63,268 nt of DNA from Planctomycetota bacterium. GTDB taxonomy: Bacteria > Planctomycetota > SZUA-567 > H5-PLA8. Shown one piece after another: positions 39,602-50,665 of this stretch. Each line of letters starts with the position of its first letter. Position 1 is the first letter of the stretch. The stretch spans positions 1 to 63,268 of the forward strand of contig JBBRPR010000052.1 of the NCBI GenBank assembly GCA_038227875.1, read 5' to 3'. The position numbers and the translations under genes are program-made. The notes beneath the pieces were generated by a model, which searched no databases, was not told the DNA's origin, and saw nothing but the letters and a program-made list of their open reading frames with translations.

Positions 39602-39802
39602 CAACGGTTTCCTGAGCCTGTGGCGCGCTTGACCCCTCAAACCATGACTTCATACCAGCCGAGCCGCCAGACACGCGGAGAAACGCTCAGGAACGGGGCA
39701 GGCGGATTTAAAAGGGACGCTTTGGGGCTGGATGGCGATTTCGGACGGGTTTGGAAACGGTTGGCCGTCTTCGATGCGCCATTCAACCACCCGCACCACG
39801 GA

Positions 39803-40270
39803 CTACGACAGCGCCTTTTCCAACGCTTCTGTTGCCTTTGCTAACGCTGATGCAAGCCGCCGCGCCACTTCCGCGCGCACTATCTGTTGAATTTCATCGA
39901 GCGGCGACGAAGCGCTGACTGGCATCGTAGTGCGGTTTGGACGGCCTACCTTCGGCGCGTTCTTCGAACCCATCGGACGCCCCATCTTCTTCTTGTTTTT
40001 AGAGCCTGCTGGACGACCACGCTTCTTTGGCGGAGTAATTGTTTCAGGCGCGGTTTTGATGCCCTTGGGTCTTCCCCTCTTCTTCGGCTGCGTTGGAGAA
40101 ACTGGTTCCTGTGCGGGCGTGGGTTCTGGTGGGGAAACGTCCACAGGAGCTACGGCAGACGGCGCGCTGTTCACCTTCTTGGGTCTGCCCCGGCGCTTGG
40201 CTTCGGGAGCAGTGGTGGCGGCTGACATTTCATCTTTAACTGCAACTTTTTTTGACTTGGGCACGAACAT
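39803..40270 (-). CDS. Multi-AT-hook DNA-binding protein
   Basis: KRRGRPKK, KKRGRPKG, KKRGRPAGSKNK, GRPMGSKN, GRPNR, then an amphipathic C-terminal helix. Confidence 0.8.
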   Translation of the reverse strand: MFVPKSKKVAVKDEMSAATTAPEAKRRGRPKKVNSAPSAVAPVDVSPPEPTPAQEPVSPTQPKKRGRPKGIKTAPETITPPKKRGRPAGSKNKKKMGRPMGSKNAPKVGRPNRTTMPVSASSPLDEIQQIVRAEVARRLASALAKATEALEKALS

Positions 40271-40369
40271 TCTCCGTTTGAGTAATTTGAGTCGAGGCGG
40301 AATTGAATATCATTTTGCAAATTTTGCAAGAACGGATTGGTTTTGAATATTATGGAGTACGTATCAGCC

Positions 40370-40561
40370 TCAATTTTTGAGGTGGTCAGGCGCTTCGGGT
40401 TTCCACATCAAAATATACGACCCACGATGAATTTCGCCGTCATTTTTCGCCAGTCGTTTGCGCTCGAACGCTTCAATCGCCGCTTCGAGTTCTTCTTTGG
40501 TGAGTTTCCATGAGCACTTATTCTGCTTGGGCATTTTGTGATAGCCATAGTTCATCCTCAT
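40370..40561 (-). CDS. Small hypothetical protein
   Basis: ORF track; AGGAG SD upstream. Confidence 0.5.
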   Translation of the reverse strand: MRMNYGYHKMPKQNKCSWKLTKEELEAAIEAFERKRLAKNDGEIHRGSYILMWKPEAPDHLKN

Positions 40562-40815
40562 AAAAGACGCTCCTGAAAGTTATACGAGAAATGGAATTCA
40601 ATATACCGACCGAAGAATATCCCTTAATTTTAACTTTGCGTCAACAGTATTCCTAAAGTCTCACGGCAATTCCGTGTCGCCGCTACGACCGTCATTCCAA
40701 GCCGTCTGTTCCCACCCCGGCGCGGAATAAAACGTATTTCCATCCATCGCAAATTCAAAACATCTTCCATATTTTTATCATCCACGAATTGCGGGATTTG
40801 GCGGTTGCAGGAAAT

Positions 40816-41817
40816 TCACACTGCGGCAATATTGCCAACTTGACCAGTTGCCCAAGTGGCCCAAGCCATTTCGTCCTGGCAAACGCGTTTGGCCATGTTG
40901 AGGTAGTTGTTCGTAGTCGAGATGTTCGTGTGGCCGGCAGCATCCCTCACCCAAACGATGTCATTCTTTCCGCCGTCGAAATTCTTAAAGTACGTCATAC
41001 TGCAATAAAAGTGCCGGAGGGAGTGCGGCTTCATGCGCAGTCCTTCGGGCTGGATCTGGTGCAGGATTTTGCGGATGACCGAATCGGAAACCTTGAACAT
41101 AGGTTCCTCTTGATCACTGGGGTGCTCCTTCAGAAATGCTGAGAGCAAGGCTGCGCAATAGGGACTGATCGGAACTTGGCCGGCAATCTTGCCTTTGCAC
41201 GACATGGTTCTGTGTTCAACGAGGATGTGGGGACGAACGCCCAGATGCAGGTGCCGCGGCCGCAGTGTGAGTAACGCTTCAATTCGAAGTCCGCTTCCGG
41301 CCAGCGTTTCGATCAGGGTTTTGCGTACGTCCGTTGCCAGCGCGCGGGTATCTATAATCGGGCGCTCCAGCGCCTCGCGCATCTGGAGGAATTGATGTAC
41401 GGTCGGAACATCAGCGGGCTCTTGCCGCTTGATCTTGATGCGCATGGTTTCCGGGAAAGGATTGGTTGGCAGGAACTTGCAGTAAGTTGTGATGGTATAA
41501 AACCCACGGAGCGCGGTCGCTGCTACACCAATTCCACAAGGCTTGCGTCGGGTAGAAATCCATTCACGCCAGTCGAGAAACGTATCGCGCTCTACTGTTA
41601 GCAGCGTAAGTCCACGCGTTGCAAGCCATTTCTGAAACATCTTCAACTCGCCAAGGTAAGAGACGATCGATCGGTCCTGAAGTCCCCACGCATGCCGGAG
41701 CTCGCGTTCGAATCTGGTCAATGCTTCCGAGTCATCCACCACGGTCTCAATCCTTTCTGAAATGGATTCGCCATCATCAATTGCTGCCCATGGAGGCGAT
41801 GACATTGCTGATAGCAA
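40816..41817 (-). CDS. Tyrosine recombinase/integrase
   Basis: SGLRIEALL (R), K, HSLRH, GH.NISTT..Y; N-terminal core-binding-like domain. Confidence 0.92.
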   Translation of the reverse strand: MLSAMSSPPWAAIDDGESISERIETVVDDSEALTRFERELRHAWGLQDRSIVSYLGELKMFQKWLATRGLTLLTVERDTFLDWREWISTRRKPCGIGVAATALRGFYTITTYCKFLPTNPFPETMRIKIKRQEPADVPTVHQFLQMREALERPIIDTRALATDVRKTLIETLAGSGLRIEALLTLRPRHLHLGVRPHILVEHRTMSCKGKIAGQVPISPYCAALLSAFLKEHPSDQEEPMFKVSDSVIRKILHQIQPEGLRMKPHSLRHFYCSMTYFKNFDGGKNDIVWVRDAAGHTNISTTNNYLNMAKRVCQDEMAWATWATGQVGNIAAV

Positions 41818-41884
41818 TGAGTGGTCCCGATCCGCTGTTGCGGATCTCTTGGGCCGATTTTGTTTTGGATGGACAATCAGCGTC

Positions 41885-44092
41885 TTATGAGATTGCGAAC
41901 AGCGTAGGATGGGACTCTTGAATCAAGTCGAAAAGGGAAAGTGCGATATTGGATTCTGGCTCGATTTTTTTGGTTTCAGCACCTACTACTGACCAAACTG
42001 CTCGGACGTCGATGAGTCGTTCCATTGAATGCGCCAACGTAGCCATGATGTCGTCGTTCTCGCCGCCGTTCATCATTGCCTTTAGAGCGCGGGTGTCGAA
42101 TGTGCCCTCCAATGCCTGGCTCGCCGCCTCTTTCTCCCCCATGAGACCGAGGGCCTTTTCCTGAATCGTTCCCTGATAGTAGAGGAAGAAGACTTTGCAC
42201 GGGAGCTTCTGAATCGGCCGGCGCGCTCGGGCGCTGGCCTGCCGCAGCACGTGCGTCGAGTAGCCCACCTGGTACCATATCAGGCTGGGAAACTGGACAA
42301 GGTCGAGCCCCGTCATGACACGCTTGGGGTTGGTGATCAGTACGTCCATCTCGCCGAGGTGATTGTTGATCCAGTCCTCGCGCGCGGCGGGCTGTACGTT
42401 GTCCGGCAACTCCACTGGCCGGAGCCCCGCCTGCTGGAGCGCGAGCACGATCTTCGGGCGGATGTTGTGCTTGCCGGTGTACTGCACGAAGATGCAGCAC
42501 TTGCGGCCCTGCGCGAGTTCCTCCTTGCAGATCTCGACGAGCTTCGCGTCCTTCGAATCCATCCGCATCGGCTCGAAGTTCTTCGGCTGGACCACAAACT
42601 CACTGCCGTTGCGCTTGCCGTTGTCGTCGAACGTTGGGCACATGACGGGATCCCAGCCCCACGGTTTGTCAATGTATTCGTCGAGCACCTGAATGCGGAT
42701 CGTGGAGAGGACCGGCGGACCCTTGCCGCCGTGGCTCCGTTCTTTGATCGCATCCTCAATCGCCGAGTCAACATGGCGATAGGCGATGCGCAACTCTTCC
42801 GACGGCTGGCACCCGATCAGTATGCGCTCGATCGTGGGCAGTTCCGGTCCGAGTTCGGCCAGCGACATGAAGACGGCGCGGCCGATCAGGAAGTGGTTGT
42901 AGAGATCGGGGGAGATGCCCGGGCGGGGGCGGCTGGTTGTCTTGTAGTCTTTTTTCCTGCCGCACGAACCGCGCTTCACGTAGCCGGAGTAGTCGTCGGC
43001 GACCCCGCGAACGATCTGCTTTTCGATCACGCCGTATCGATCGATGAAGCCGCGTTCGTTGCGGGCGATCGGACTGAGCCGGCCGTCACAGAGCGCCGAG
43101 AGATCGAAGCCGCGCTTGCGGAGAAGGTCTGCGCTCATGCGCCACAGCGGCGCGTGGAGATCGCGGGCGTGTCCGCCGATCAGCGTTCCCGTCAGTGCGA
43201 TCGTGTAGCGGCAAGCGCCCGCGAGTGTTCCAAAACAGTTCCCCTGAATGGTGTCCGACCCGGCCAGCTCGTGCACCTCATCGGCAATCAGGACGTCGAA
43301 CACCCCCTTCATCTTGCGCTGGATGTAGCGGTCGATGTGAGGGTTTTTGCGGAACCCGCGTGCGTTCGTCGAAAGTTTGTCGCCACACTCCACGCACTTC
43401 ATTGGCGAGTTGCCGAGAATGTACTCGTCGTAGCGGAGCATCGTCTTCTCGTCGCCGTCCAATTCGTACTGCAGCGCATTGCATTTCGGGCAGGCGGCGA
43501 TCGTGCGCACTATGTTCCCGCCGAAGTCATCTACGTCACTCACCCGGCGCTTGATCGCGCACGGCTTATCCACGTCGAACCCCAGCTTGGCCGTCTCCTT
43601 CGAGATCACGGCGACCGCGGGTCCCGCGTGTTTCGCGGCGGCGTCGCGCCAGGCGGTCAGTTCACCGAAGGAACGGATCACGCGGACCATCACGCCGGGG
43701 ATCGCCCACTCCACTTCGCGCCGCCACTTGCGGACGAGATGGCCCGGGCAGATCACGAGAGCGCGGAAGTCTTTCTTCTTTCGGAATAACACCCACGCCG
43801 CACCTAGTGCCATTACTGTCTTGCCGCTGCCGGGTTCTGCGATCAGCCAGGTGCGACCATAGTGCTTGAATCCCTCCAGCAGCGCCCCGACCTTTTCAAT
43901 CTGTGACGGAAAGAATGCAAACCGTGCGCCCGAGCGCTTGGTGCGATTACGCTCTATCGCAGATAGATCTGGAAGTAGAGTGACGCCCGGAATGAAGCGC
44001 GGCTTTAGCACGCGCTCGGCGGCCTCGCCCATGGACTTGCCGTACTTGGTAATGAGTTCGTTAAGATCAGAGGCTAAGGCAACCACGTTCAT
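41885..44092 (-). CDS. SF2 (SNF2-like) helicase
   Basis: EPGSGKT, DEVH, LTGT, TGLDL, QASARARR; two CxxC pairs. Confidence 0.88.
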   Translation of the reverse strand: MNVVALASDLNELITKYGKSMGEAAERVLKPRFIPGVTLLPDLSAIERNRTKRSGARFAFFPSQIEKVGALLEGFKHYGRTWLIAEPGSGKTVMALGAAWVLFRKKKDFRALVICPGHLVRKWRREVEWAIPGVMVRVIRSFGELTAWRDAAAKHAGPAVAVISKETAKLGFDVDKPCAIKRRVSDVDDFGGNIVRTIAACPKCNALQYELDGDEKTMLRYDEYILGNSPMKCVECGDKLSTNARGFRKNPHIDRYIQRKMKGVFDVLIADEVHELAGSDTIQGNCFGTLAGACRYTIALTGTLIGGHARDLHAPLWRMSADLLRKRGFDLSALCDGRLSPIARNERGFIDRYGVIEKQIVRGVADDYSGYVKRGSCGRKKDYKTTSRPRPGISPDLYNHFLIGRAVFMSLAELGPELPTIERILIGCQPSEELRIAYRHVDSAIEDAIKERSHGGKGPPVLSTIRIQVLDEYIDKPWGWDPVMCPTFDDNGKRNGSEFVVQPKNFEPMRMDSKDAKLVEICKEELAQGRKCCIFVQYTGKHNIRPKIVLALQQAGLRPVELPDNVQPAAREDWINNHLGEMDVLITNPKRVMTGLDLVQFPSLIWYQVGYSTHVLRQASARARRPIQKLPCKVFFLYYQGTIQEKALGLMGEKEAASQALEGTFDTRALKAMMNGGENDDIMATLAHSMERLIDVRAVWSVVGAETKKIEPESNIALSLFDLIQESHPTLFAIS

Positions 44093-44606
44093 TCTCCTTT
44101 GGAAAATTCAGCGCCGCGAATTGGCCGAATAGCTCCCGCGCTTTGGCGTCGTAGCAAAGGGCGGCTTGTTCCTCAGAATCGAACATTCCGAGGTGGATTG
44201 TTTTATTTTTTAAAGTGATAGAGGAGCGCCATCTTTCCGTAGGCTTGTGCCAAGATGCTCCCTTGAACCTTGAACTGCTCGGTGTTTTCATTCTATTTCT
44301 ATTGTTGCCGGTCTTATCAGTCTTGCGAAGGTTGCTGCGCCTGTCGTCTAAGGTGTTTCCATTAATATGATCCACAACCTCGCCAGGGGATGCGACTAAA
44401 ATAGACCTGTGTAGAGAAATCATCCCTCTCTTTTCGCCACGCGACACAAGACCGTTTCTTACTGCGTAACAAAGGTTACGATTTCTAATGTATGCGAAGA
44501 GATACCATTTGAATCGTGACACCCACTCGTAGTCTTCGTCGTCAACGATCGCATGTTTGCCCTGAGTCAGCGGTATTAATTTCATCCATGATCTAAAGTG
44601 CGGCAT
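44067..44606 (-). CDS. HNH endonuclease with C-terminal AP2 domain
   Basis: LHR.I, VDHINGNTLDDRRSNLR, SSRFKG, HLG.F..EEQAA..YD..A..LFG.FA.LNF. Confidence 0.9.
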   Translation of the reverse strand: MPHFRSWMKLIPLTQGKHAIVDDEDYEWVSRFKWYLFAYIRNRNLCYAVRNGLVSRGEKRGMISLHRSILVASPGEVVDHINGNTLDDRRSNLRKTDKTGNNRNRMKTPSSSRFKGASWHKPTERWRSSITLKNKTIHLGMFDSEEQAALCYDAKARELFGQFAALNFPKENERGCLSL

Positions 44607-44625
44607 CGATTGGTGCCGCTAAGTC

Positions 44626-45780
44626 CTAGAAAAGTAGTAGCTGTCCGCCCGGTTCGTGATCGGGGGCGGTTTCAGCGGTGATTCCGGCGCGTTCTTTCAT
44701 GATCTCGCGGCCGGCGATTCCGAAGTAGCTTTCGTATTCCGCGAGGATGATGAGGATGGCCTGTGGAATTTCGACCAGCGCTTTCTCGATGTTCTCTTTC
44801 TGGGTTTTGGAGAATGGTTTCCCGGTCTCGGGGTTGTTGGCGTTCGGATCGACCTCCCGAAGCGCGTCGACGGTCTCCGCGAAATGTTGAAGCTCGTGGA
44901 GTGTTTCGTCGTGCGCGACATCGAGAACCTTATCACCCAAATGCTCGTAGGCTTCGCGGGTCGGGTTCGGCCAGCCGTCGGCGCGCACGCCGCCGAATTC
45001 AATCTTCGGTCCACCGACGGTGGCGAGCAGGGCGTTCTGTCGTTCGATGGTCCAGTCGTCCATGAAGTAGCCCATCGCCTTGACGAGCGTGTCGCGTTCG
45101 CAATCGGGCGGGAAGAATGAGTCGGCGATCGCGCCAGTCGGATCCACCAGCACCGCGGCGACCAGGCCGTCCCGGAACTGATACAGTGGCTTCCAGCCGA
45201 GCTTCTTGAAGTCGGCGAAGCTGGCGCGGGCCAGGGCTTCGTCGCGAGAATTGAACGGGCGGGTCCAACTCGTGCCGCTCATGTGATCCTGCACCCAGAC
45301 GTCCCACTCGGGACACCCGGCGTCCATCCATTCCTGATGCGCGGCAGCGGCCGCTTCGTACCCTTTGGTCTGGATGAAGATGCGATCGGCTTCGGCACCG
45401 ACGCGGAAGACGTTGCGCCCTTGGCTGACGCGGAGCCCGCAGTAGGCGCCATGCCACTTGTCCTTGTCGTCGTCCGATTCCCAGTTGGGACTGGGGAGAT
45501 CGCCGTAGCGTTCGTAGAGCGTGTAGTCCGGGTAGCGCTGGCTGAACTCCTCCTCGGTGAACAGGCGGAGCATTTCCCAGCGGCGTTCGTCCCCGCCGAA
45601 GTGGCCGCGCCCGGCGTCGAAGTACAACCCGTCGCAGATCTTGACCGCGCCGCGCACCTTATTACTCATGCCGATCGTGTCACAGCTATACGTGTCTTCG
45701 ATCTGCTTGGCGTCGAGGCCGAGTTCTTCGAGCATGAACAGGGTTTGCGCGGCTTCGGGTGGGATCAGTTCGAGTTGCAT
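44626..45780 (-). CDS. Hypothetical acidic multidomain protein
   Basis: Long co-oriented ORF tightly packed in the operon. Confidence 0.7.
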   Translation of the reverse strand: MQLELIPPEAAQTLFMLEELGLDAKQIEDTYSCDTIGMSNKVRGAVKICDGLYFDAGRGHFGGDERRWEMLRLFTEEEFSQRYPDYTLYERYGDLPSPNWESDDDKDKWHGAYCGLRVSQGRNVFRVGAEADRIFIQTKGYEAAAAAHQEWMDAGCPEWDVWVQDHMSGTSWTRPFNSRDEALARASFADFKKLGWKPLYQFRDGLVAAVLVDPTGAIADSFFPPDCERDTLVKAMGYFMDDWTIERQNALLATVGGPKIEFGGVRADGWPNPTREAYEHLGDKVLDVAHDETLHELQHFAETVDALREVDPNANNPETGKPFSKTQKENIEKALVEIPQAILIILAEYESYFGIAGREIMKERAGITAETAPDHEPGGQLLLF

Positions 45781-46769
45781 GACGCCTCCGATTTGGCCTT
45801 GAACACCTCATGCATCGGCCCGATGTACTCCCAGACCATGAGGGCGCGGGCGTGGTTATTGCCGCGCGTGGATTTCTTGTGGGTTCCGGTGTTCTTCCAG
45901 TTCTTGCCCTTAAAGCAGCCGACGACCGCATTCCCGAGTTCGCGCGTGTCGCACCCGAGGCGGCGCAGTTCGGCGAACACGTCATCGCTATTGCAGTGGT
46001 GTTGCGGATGCTTGATGGCGAGTTCGATCGCGAGTCCCTTGGCGATCTTGAGGATGGCCTTCCGCTTCTCGGGATCGATCGGTGCGGCGATTCCCTTTTC
46101 CAGCTTGGCGAGGCGGGCCTTATACTCTTCGTTCTCCCGCTTCAACACGCTCATCGGGTGCTGGTCGCACTGTTCGATGTGTTCCTTTAGCGCGTCCGCC
46201 ATTGCGACCGGCGTCGTTTCTTTCGGGCCGTAGCGGTGGCCGCAGTACACGCAGTTGACGTACATTCCGGACTGGAGATCGGCAACCCAGGCCGTCAGTC
46301 TGGCGACTTCCACCTCGGCGGCGACGCGGAGCTCGTGGGGTGTCTTGCCGTCTTTGTTGCGTACGGTGACAGTGAAGCGCCTGCCGCTGGATTGCATGAC
46401 GACTTCGGACTCGGTATAGTTATTCGCCTTCTCGTTCATCTTGGCGAAGCTATCGACCATGATGAGCAGCAGGTGCTTGGCGAACGAGATGCTCACCTCC
46501 ATCTTGCCAGGCCGCACGTCCATGTAGTCGAGCTTTGGCTCGAACGGCGTGAGCTGGGCGACCCGCGCGGCGAGACGCGTAATGCCAGGCCCCACCAGAT
46601 TTGTGCCGTAGTGCTCGACCATCCAGTGCCACCACTTGTCGCCGAACGCCTTGACGAAGTGCTCCAAGTCGGCGCGCCATTTATCCGGATTGGACATGCC
46701 TGGCGGCGGGAGGAGGTGATCGATGACTGCTTGTAGTTCGGGTTTGATTTCGATCTCGTCCGTTTTCAT
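45765..46769 (-). CDS. Hypothetical phage-like protein with a CxxC...HxxxC zinc site
   Basis: CVYCGHRYGP...HIEQC; start overlaps the upstream stop (ATGA). Confidence 0.7.
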   Translation of the reverse strand: MKTDEIEIKPELQAVIDHLLPPPGMSNPDKWRADLEHFVKAFGDKWWHWMVEHYGTNLVGPGITRLAARVAQLTPFEPKLDYMDVRPGKMEVSISFAKHLLLIMVDSFAKMNEKANNYTESEVVMQSSGRRFTVTVRNKDGKTPHELRVAAEVEVARLTAWVADLQSGMYVNCVYCGHRYGPKETTPVAMADALKEHIEQCDQHPMSVLKRENEEYKARLAKLEKGIAAPIDPEKRKAILKIAKGLAIELAIKHPQHHCNSDDVFAELRRLGCDTRELGNAVVGCFKGKNWKNTGTHKKSTRGNNHARALMVWEYIGPMHEVFKAKSEASCNSN

Positions 46770-48843
46770 GCTGCGTTGGCCCTCGCCAGAACCTCTGCCA
46801 TTACCGGGGAGACAGAATTTCCGATGCGGGCGGTCTGGTTGGCTTTGGATCCGGTCAAAAAATACGAATCCGGAAAACCCTGAGCCCGAGCCAACTCGCG
46901 GGGTTCGAGCATGCGCATGCCGATGTCCACGATCTGGTAATCGACCTGATCAATTGTGACCAAGCCGAACCGAGCCTTGCCAACGATTGTCCGAAGCGGC
47001 TCGTCCAGCACTTGTCCGGCGTGCTCGCTGCCATAGTAAACCTGTAAAAACGCACGCACCTCGGCGATGTGATTGCCGCCCGATGTCACCGTGGGCATCG
47101 GCTGCTCTACCGACTGGCCATGCTGGCAGGTGCCGTACATCTTCGAGAGGAAGGAGGTGACTAGCGCGGTCTTGCGCTGGGCTGTCTGAGTCGGCGCTGG
47201 CTCACTGGGCTCCGATCCGATGCTCTCGCCGTTGTATTGAGACAGGAATGCCGTAGCGACTGCGGTGCCGCGCTTCGAGGTGATCGTCTGCAGCGGTTCC
47301 TTGACGTCCTGGCCCCGGAACTGATCGTAGGCGTGGTTGCATTTCACGAGGATCGGGGCGGCGATCGCGTGCTTGCCCGTCGCGACCACGGTTCCGAGCG
47401 GCTTCTCGACGTCAAGCGAGCGTGGCGCCTGACCATCTCGTTCGCCGTACCCGGTCTGCACCAGTACGGGGGTGACGAGCAGGTCTTCGTTCTTGCTGAC
47501 CACCGTACCCAGCGGGGACTCCAGCGAGCTACAGCGATCGCCGTTGCTTCCGGTCTGGCCGATGCGGGTCAGGTACGCGGTCGCCACGGCCTTGTCGTTC
47601 TTGGCGGTCACGGTGGAGAGCGGGGAGTCCACGGAGATCGGCGGGGTGCAGGCTTGACGTCCGCCCACTCCGGCGATCACTGCCGTTACCAGCGCGCGGC
47701 GGTCGTGCGGCATGCAGGCTCGGGCAGGTTTGTCAATCCCGGTCGGTCGACCAGAACCCTCTTGGCCACCGGCCCCAGCCAGGTAAGGGGCGAGGCGGGT
47801 GTGCACCACGCTATGATATGATCCTTCGCGGTGATGGTTCCGAGCGGCCGATCCGGTCCGTGGCCGTCGACGCCGGTGTAGTGCTTGGCGATGTGGACGG
47901 CGGCGAGATGCTTGGTCTTACCGGGCATGACAGTGTCGAGCGGGACGTCGACCGAGCGCGGTTCAATCGAACCCGTCGGGCCGCGCAACCCCACAATGAA
48001 TGGTCGTTGTGATTCAATCACGAACTTGCGCAGCCCGTTGGCGATGCGGCGCAACGTGTTCTCGGCGAGCGGCTTCTTGCGTTCGAAGATGGACGGGCAG
48101 GGGATCGACCAGTCGATGCACTGTGCCGCGGTGCGGTACGGCCGGCGTCCCTTGCCGTGCGTCGGTTCGGGCCAGACGATTTTCTTGCCGTCGTTGCGGG
48201 CGATGAGGAACAGGCGGCGGCGATTGGTCGGAGCACCGTAGTCGGCGGCGTTGAGTTCGCGCCACTGGACTTCGTAACCCAGTCCGCGCAGCCGTCCGAC
48301 CCAGCGCTTGAAGGTGATGCCCTTCTTCGTGGAGTCGGGGATCCAGACGGGCTCGCCGTCCTTGAAGACCGGGCGGCCGAAGTCGTCAGTCATCTGAATC
48401 ACTGGACCCCAGTCCTGAAACTCGCGGACGTTCTCCATAAGGATGAGCTTGGGGGCGACGCGCTTGGCCCATTTGATCACGACCCATGCCAGGCATCGGA
48501 TGTTTTTCTTGACCGGCGTCGCGCCCTTCGCTCTCGAAAACTGCGTGCAATCCGGACTCGCCCACATGACATCCACGGGCATGCCTTGCGTGACCTGCTC
48601 GGGCTCCACCTGCCACACCGACTCGCACAGATGGTGCGTGTTTGGGTGGTTCATGGCGTGCATCTCGATCGCATCGGTGTCATGGTTGATGGCGATATCA
48701 GGATCGCGCCCCAACGCACGGCGCAGGCCCAGCGAGGCGCCGCCGCCTCCGGCGAAGTTGTCGATGATCAGACCGGAGATCGGCTTTTTGCGGCGCGGTC
48801 GTATGATTTCTTGGAGAAGTTCAGGGGTTTCGCATGAGATCAT
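46766..48843 (-). pseudogene. C5 DNA cytosine methyltransferase split by a frameshift at ~47815
   Basis: The N-half has DNFAGGGG, SPDC, ENV, RRRLF; the C-half has RMLEPRELARAQGFP and IGNSV. Confidence 0.88.
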
Positions 48844-48869
48844 GGAGTGTTCTCCAGAGTGAGCTGGTT

Positions 48870-49565
48870 TTATTTCAGGCCGAATTCAAGCACGTGGTCA
48901 CTGACAATGCGGTCGAACAGGTCTTGGGCATCCGGGGCGAATATGTACGCTTTGGTTTCGTCGCCGATCCCCCACGTCTCGGCATCCATCAGGATCCCGG
49001 AACTCTTGATCGTGGGCATCATGGCTTCGCCCCAATGAACCATGGTCGGGCAGGTGCAGCGTTCGCGGATCTTGCGCCACAGCACGTCGTCGTTGTCGGC
49101 GATGATCAGGTCCGCATCCTTGGCCAGCGCGGCAACGTGGTGAATGGAACCGGAGTGCCAACCTTGAATAGCCATGCGGGTGTCGCGGATATGGAACCCG
49201 GTCGGGAGTTCGAGGTTCTTCCACTTCGGTCCGAAGATTTCACCGCGCGCTTCCCACGTTCGCTCCTTCGACTTGTCAACCAGCGCCGCCATGAACGCGT
49301 GGGCGGTAGCGTCCGATGAGCAGGTGATCTCGAAGTAGTAGAGCGAACCGTCGCTCGTGACCGCGGCGGTCAGGTTGGCGCGCAGATCGGCGAGCATCTT
49401 CTCCTCGCCGTACACCATGAGGTGGAGTTCGGGGAGAGGCGCGTCGTCGGGCTGCGTCTCCTGCTTAAGTGCTTCAGCGGCGAGATCGTCGGGCAATTCC
49501 TTCCCGCCTGTCACCTGAGCGTAGATGGTGGCAAGGCGGTCGGCCTGGGTGGCAGTGGCGCTCAC
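48870..49565 (-). CDS. Hypothetical protein translationally coupled to the MTase
   Basis: GTGA start/stop overlap with the upstream gene. Confidence 0.7.
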   Translation of the reverse strand: MSATATQADRLATIYAQVTGGKELPDDLAAEALKQETQPDDAPLPELHLMVYGEEKMLADLRANLTAAVTSDGSLYYFEITCSSDATAHAFMAALVDKSKERTWEARGEIFGPKWKNLELPTGFHIRDTRMAIQGWHSGSIHHVAALAKDADLIIADNDDVLWRKIRERCTCPTMVHWGEAMMPTIKSSGILMDAETWGIGDETKAYIFAPDAQDLFDRIVSDHVLEFGLK

Positions 49566-50665
49566 GCTTCGATCTCCTCCTCCTCGGCCTTGGTGTCGAT
49601 CACCATCTCTTCACCTTCGGCTGACGTGTACTCCTCGATGTCGCCGCTCTCACGGAGACAGCGGACGTTCATCACGTAGTTCGTTTTCCAGTGCTCGACG
49701 TCGGCTGTCTTGTCACCCATCGCGTTGAACCGTTCGGTGTTCTTGGTATTCAGGATCTTGGCTTCCAACGTGCCCTTCATCAGGAAGCGATCGTCGCCCT
49801 GTTCGATCACGCCGTCGCACAGTCCGCCGGCCAGAGCCAAAGCCAGATGGCCCTCGCGCAACGGGAGTAGCGGCGGTTCAACCTTCAGCGCCTCACCCAT
49901 CGCCTCGCGCAGCAGACAGCCGCGCAGCGGCGAGCGGGAGACGGCGTCTAGGATCACGTCCTTACTGAGCGCGATGCGGCGGACCTTCGGGATGTTCAGG
50001 CTGGGCGGGATTTCGATCTTGGGTTGCAGCCAGTCGTCGGGCAGGGCGGGCCAGGTCGTTGGCTTGGCCCAGTCCGGCATGGCGATCGAGCCCTTCGACT
50101 TGGCTCGTTCGCGCCGCTTGCCGACCAGCACAACCTGCTTGAACATCGCGTAGTCGGGCTCGGGGAAGTGATGGACGGAGAGTACTTCGTATTCCCGTTC
50201 GATCGCCAGCGCGATCCCGGCCTTGGCATCGCCGAGCACGTAGTCGGGAAGGATGAAGATCAGGATGCCGCCGCGGCGCGCCCATTCCTTGACTCGGTTG
50301 AAGAGCAGGAGTTCGAGACGACCCTGACCGCGCGTGCGGTCGTATGGCGGGTTGAACCAGATCAGCGGGAAGTCGCCCGTGATCCCCGTGTCTTCGATCG
50401 AAGCCCACAGGCAATCGCCGTTCGTCGGAGTGAACCGTTCCCGGGCGGTACGCGCGCGGCCCTGATCGGATTCGATCCCGAAGCAGCGCACGTCCCGCCC
50501 ACCCACTTCGTTCCGGAACTGTTCGAGCGCGGCGCCTTCACCACTTCCGGGATCGATGGTGCAGGTCACGTACTTGTCGGACGGCGTAAACATCTTGGCC
50601 AACGCGGACACGACACGCGGCGGTGTTGCAAAAAATCCTTGCTGTATGCGGCCAATTTCACGCAC
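49562..50665 (-). CDS. Amino (N6A/N4C) DNA methyltransferase-like protein, DUF6094-like
   Basis: GFFATP, DPGSGEG, GIE, NPPY, FKQVVLVG, PPLLPL..GHLAL; GTG start at 50665 with AGGAGG SD. Confidence 0.8.
   Translation of the reverse strand: MREIGRIQQGFFATPPRVVSALAKMFTPSDKYVTCTIDPGSGEGAALEQFRNEVGGRDVRCFGIESDQGRARTARERFTPTNGDCLWASIEDTGITGDFPLIWFNPPYDRTRGQGRLELLLFNRVKEWARRGGILIFILPDYVLGDAKAGIALAIEREYEVLSVHHFPEPDYAMFKQVVLVGKRRERAKSKGSIAMPDWAKPTTWPALPDDWLQPKIEIPPSLNIPKVRRIALSKDVILDAVSRSPLRGCLLREAMGEALKVEPPLLPLREGHLALALAGGLCDGVIEQGDDRFLMKGTLEAKILNTKNTERFNAMGDKTADVEHWKTNYVMNVRCLRESGDIEEYTSAEGEEMVIDTKAEEEEIEA

Noticed and set aside
42251..43789. 512-aa plus-strand ORF and similar antisense ORFs in the element
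   Set aside because: Antisense to the motif-bearing helicase and its neighbours.
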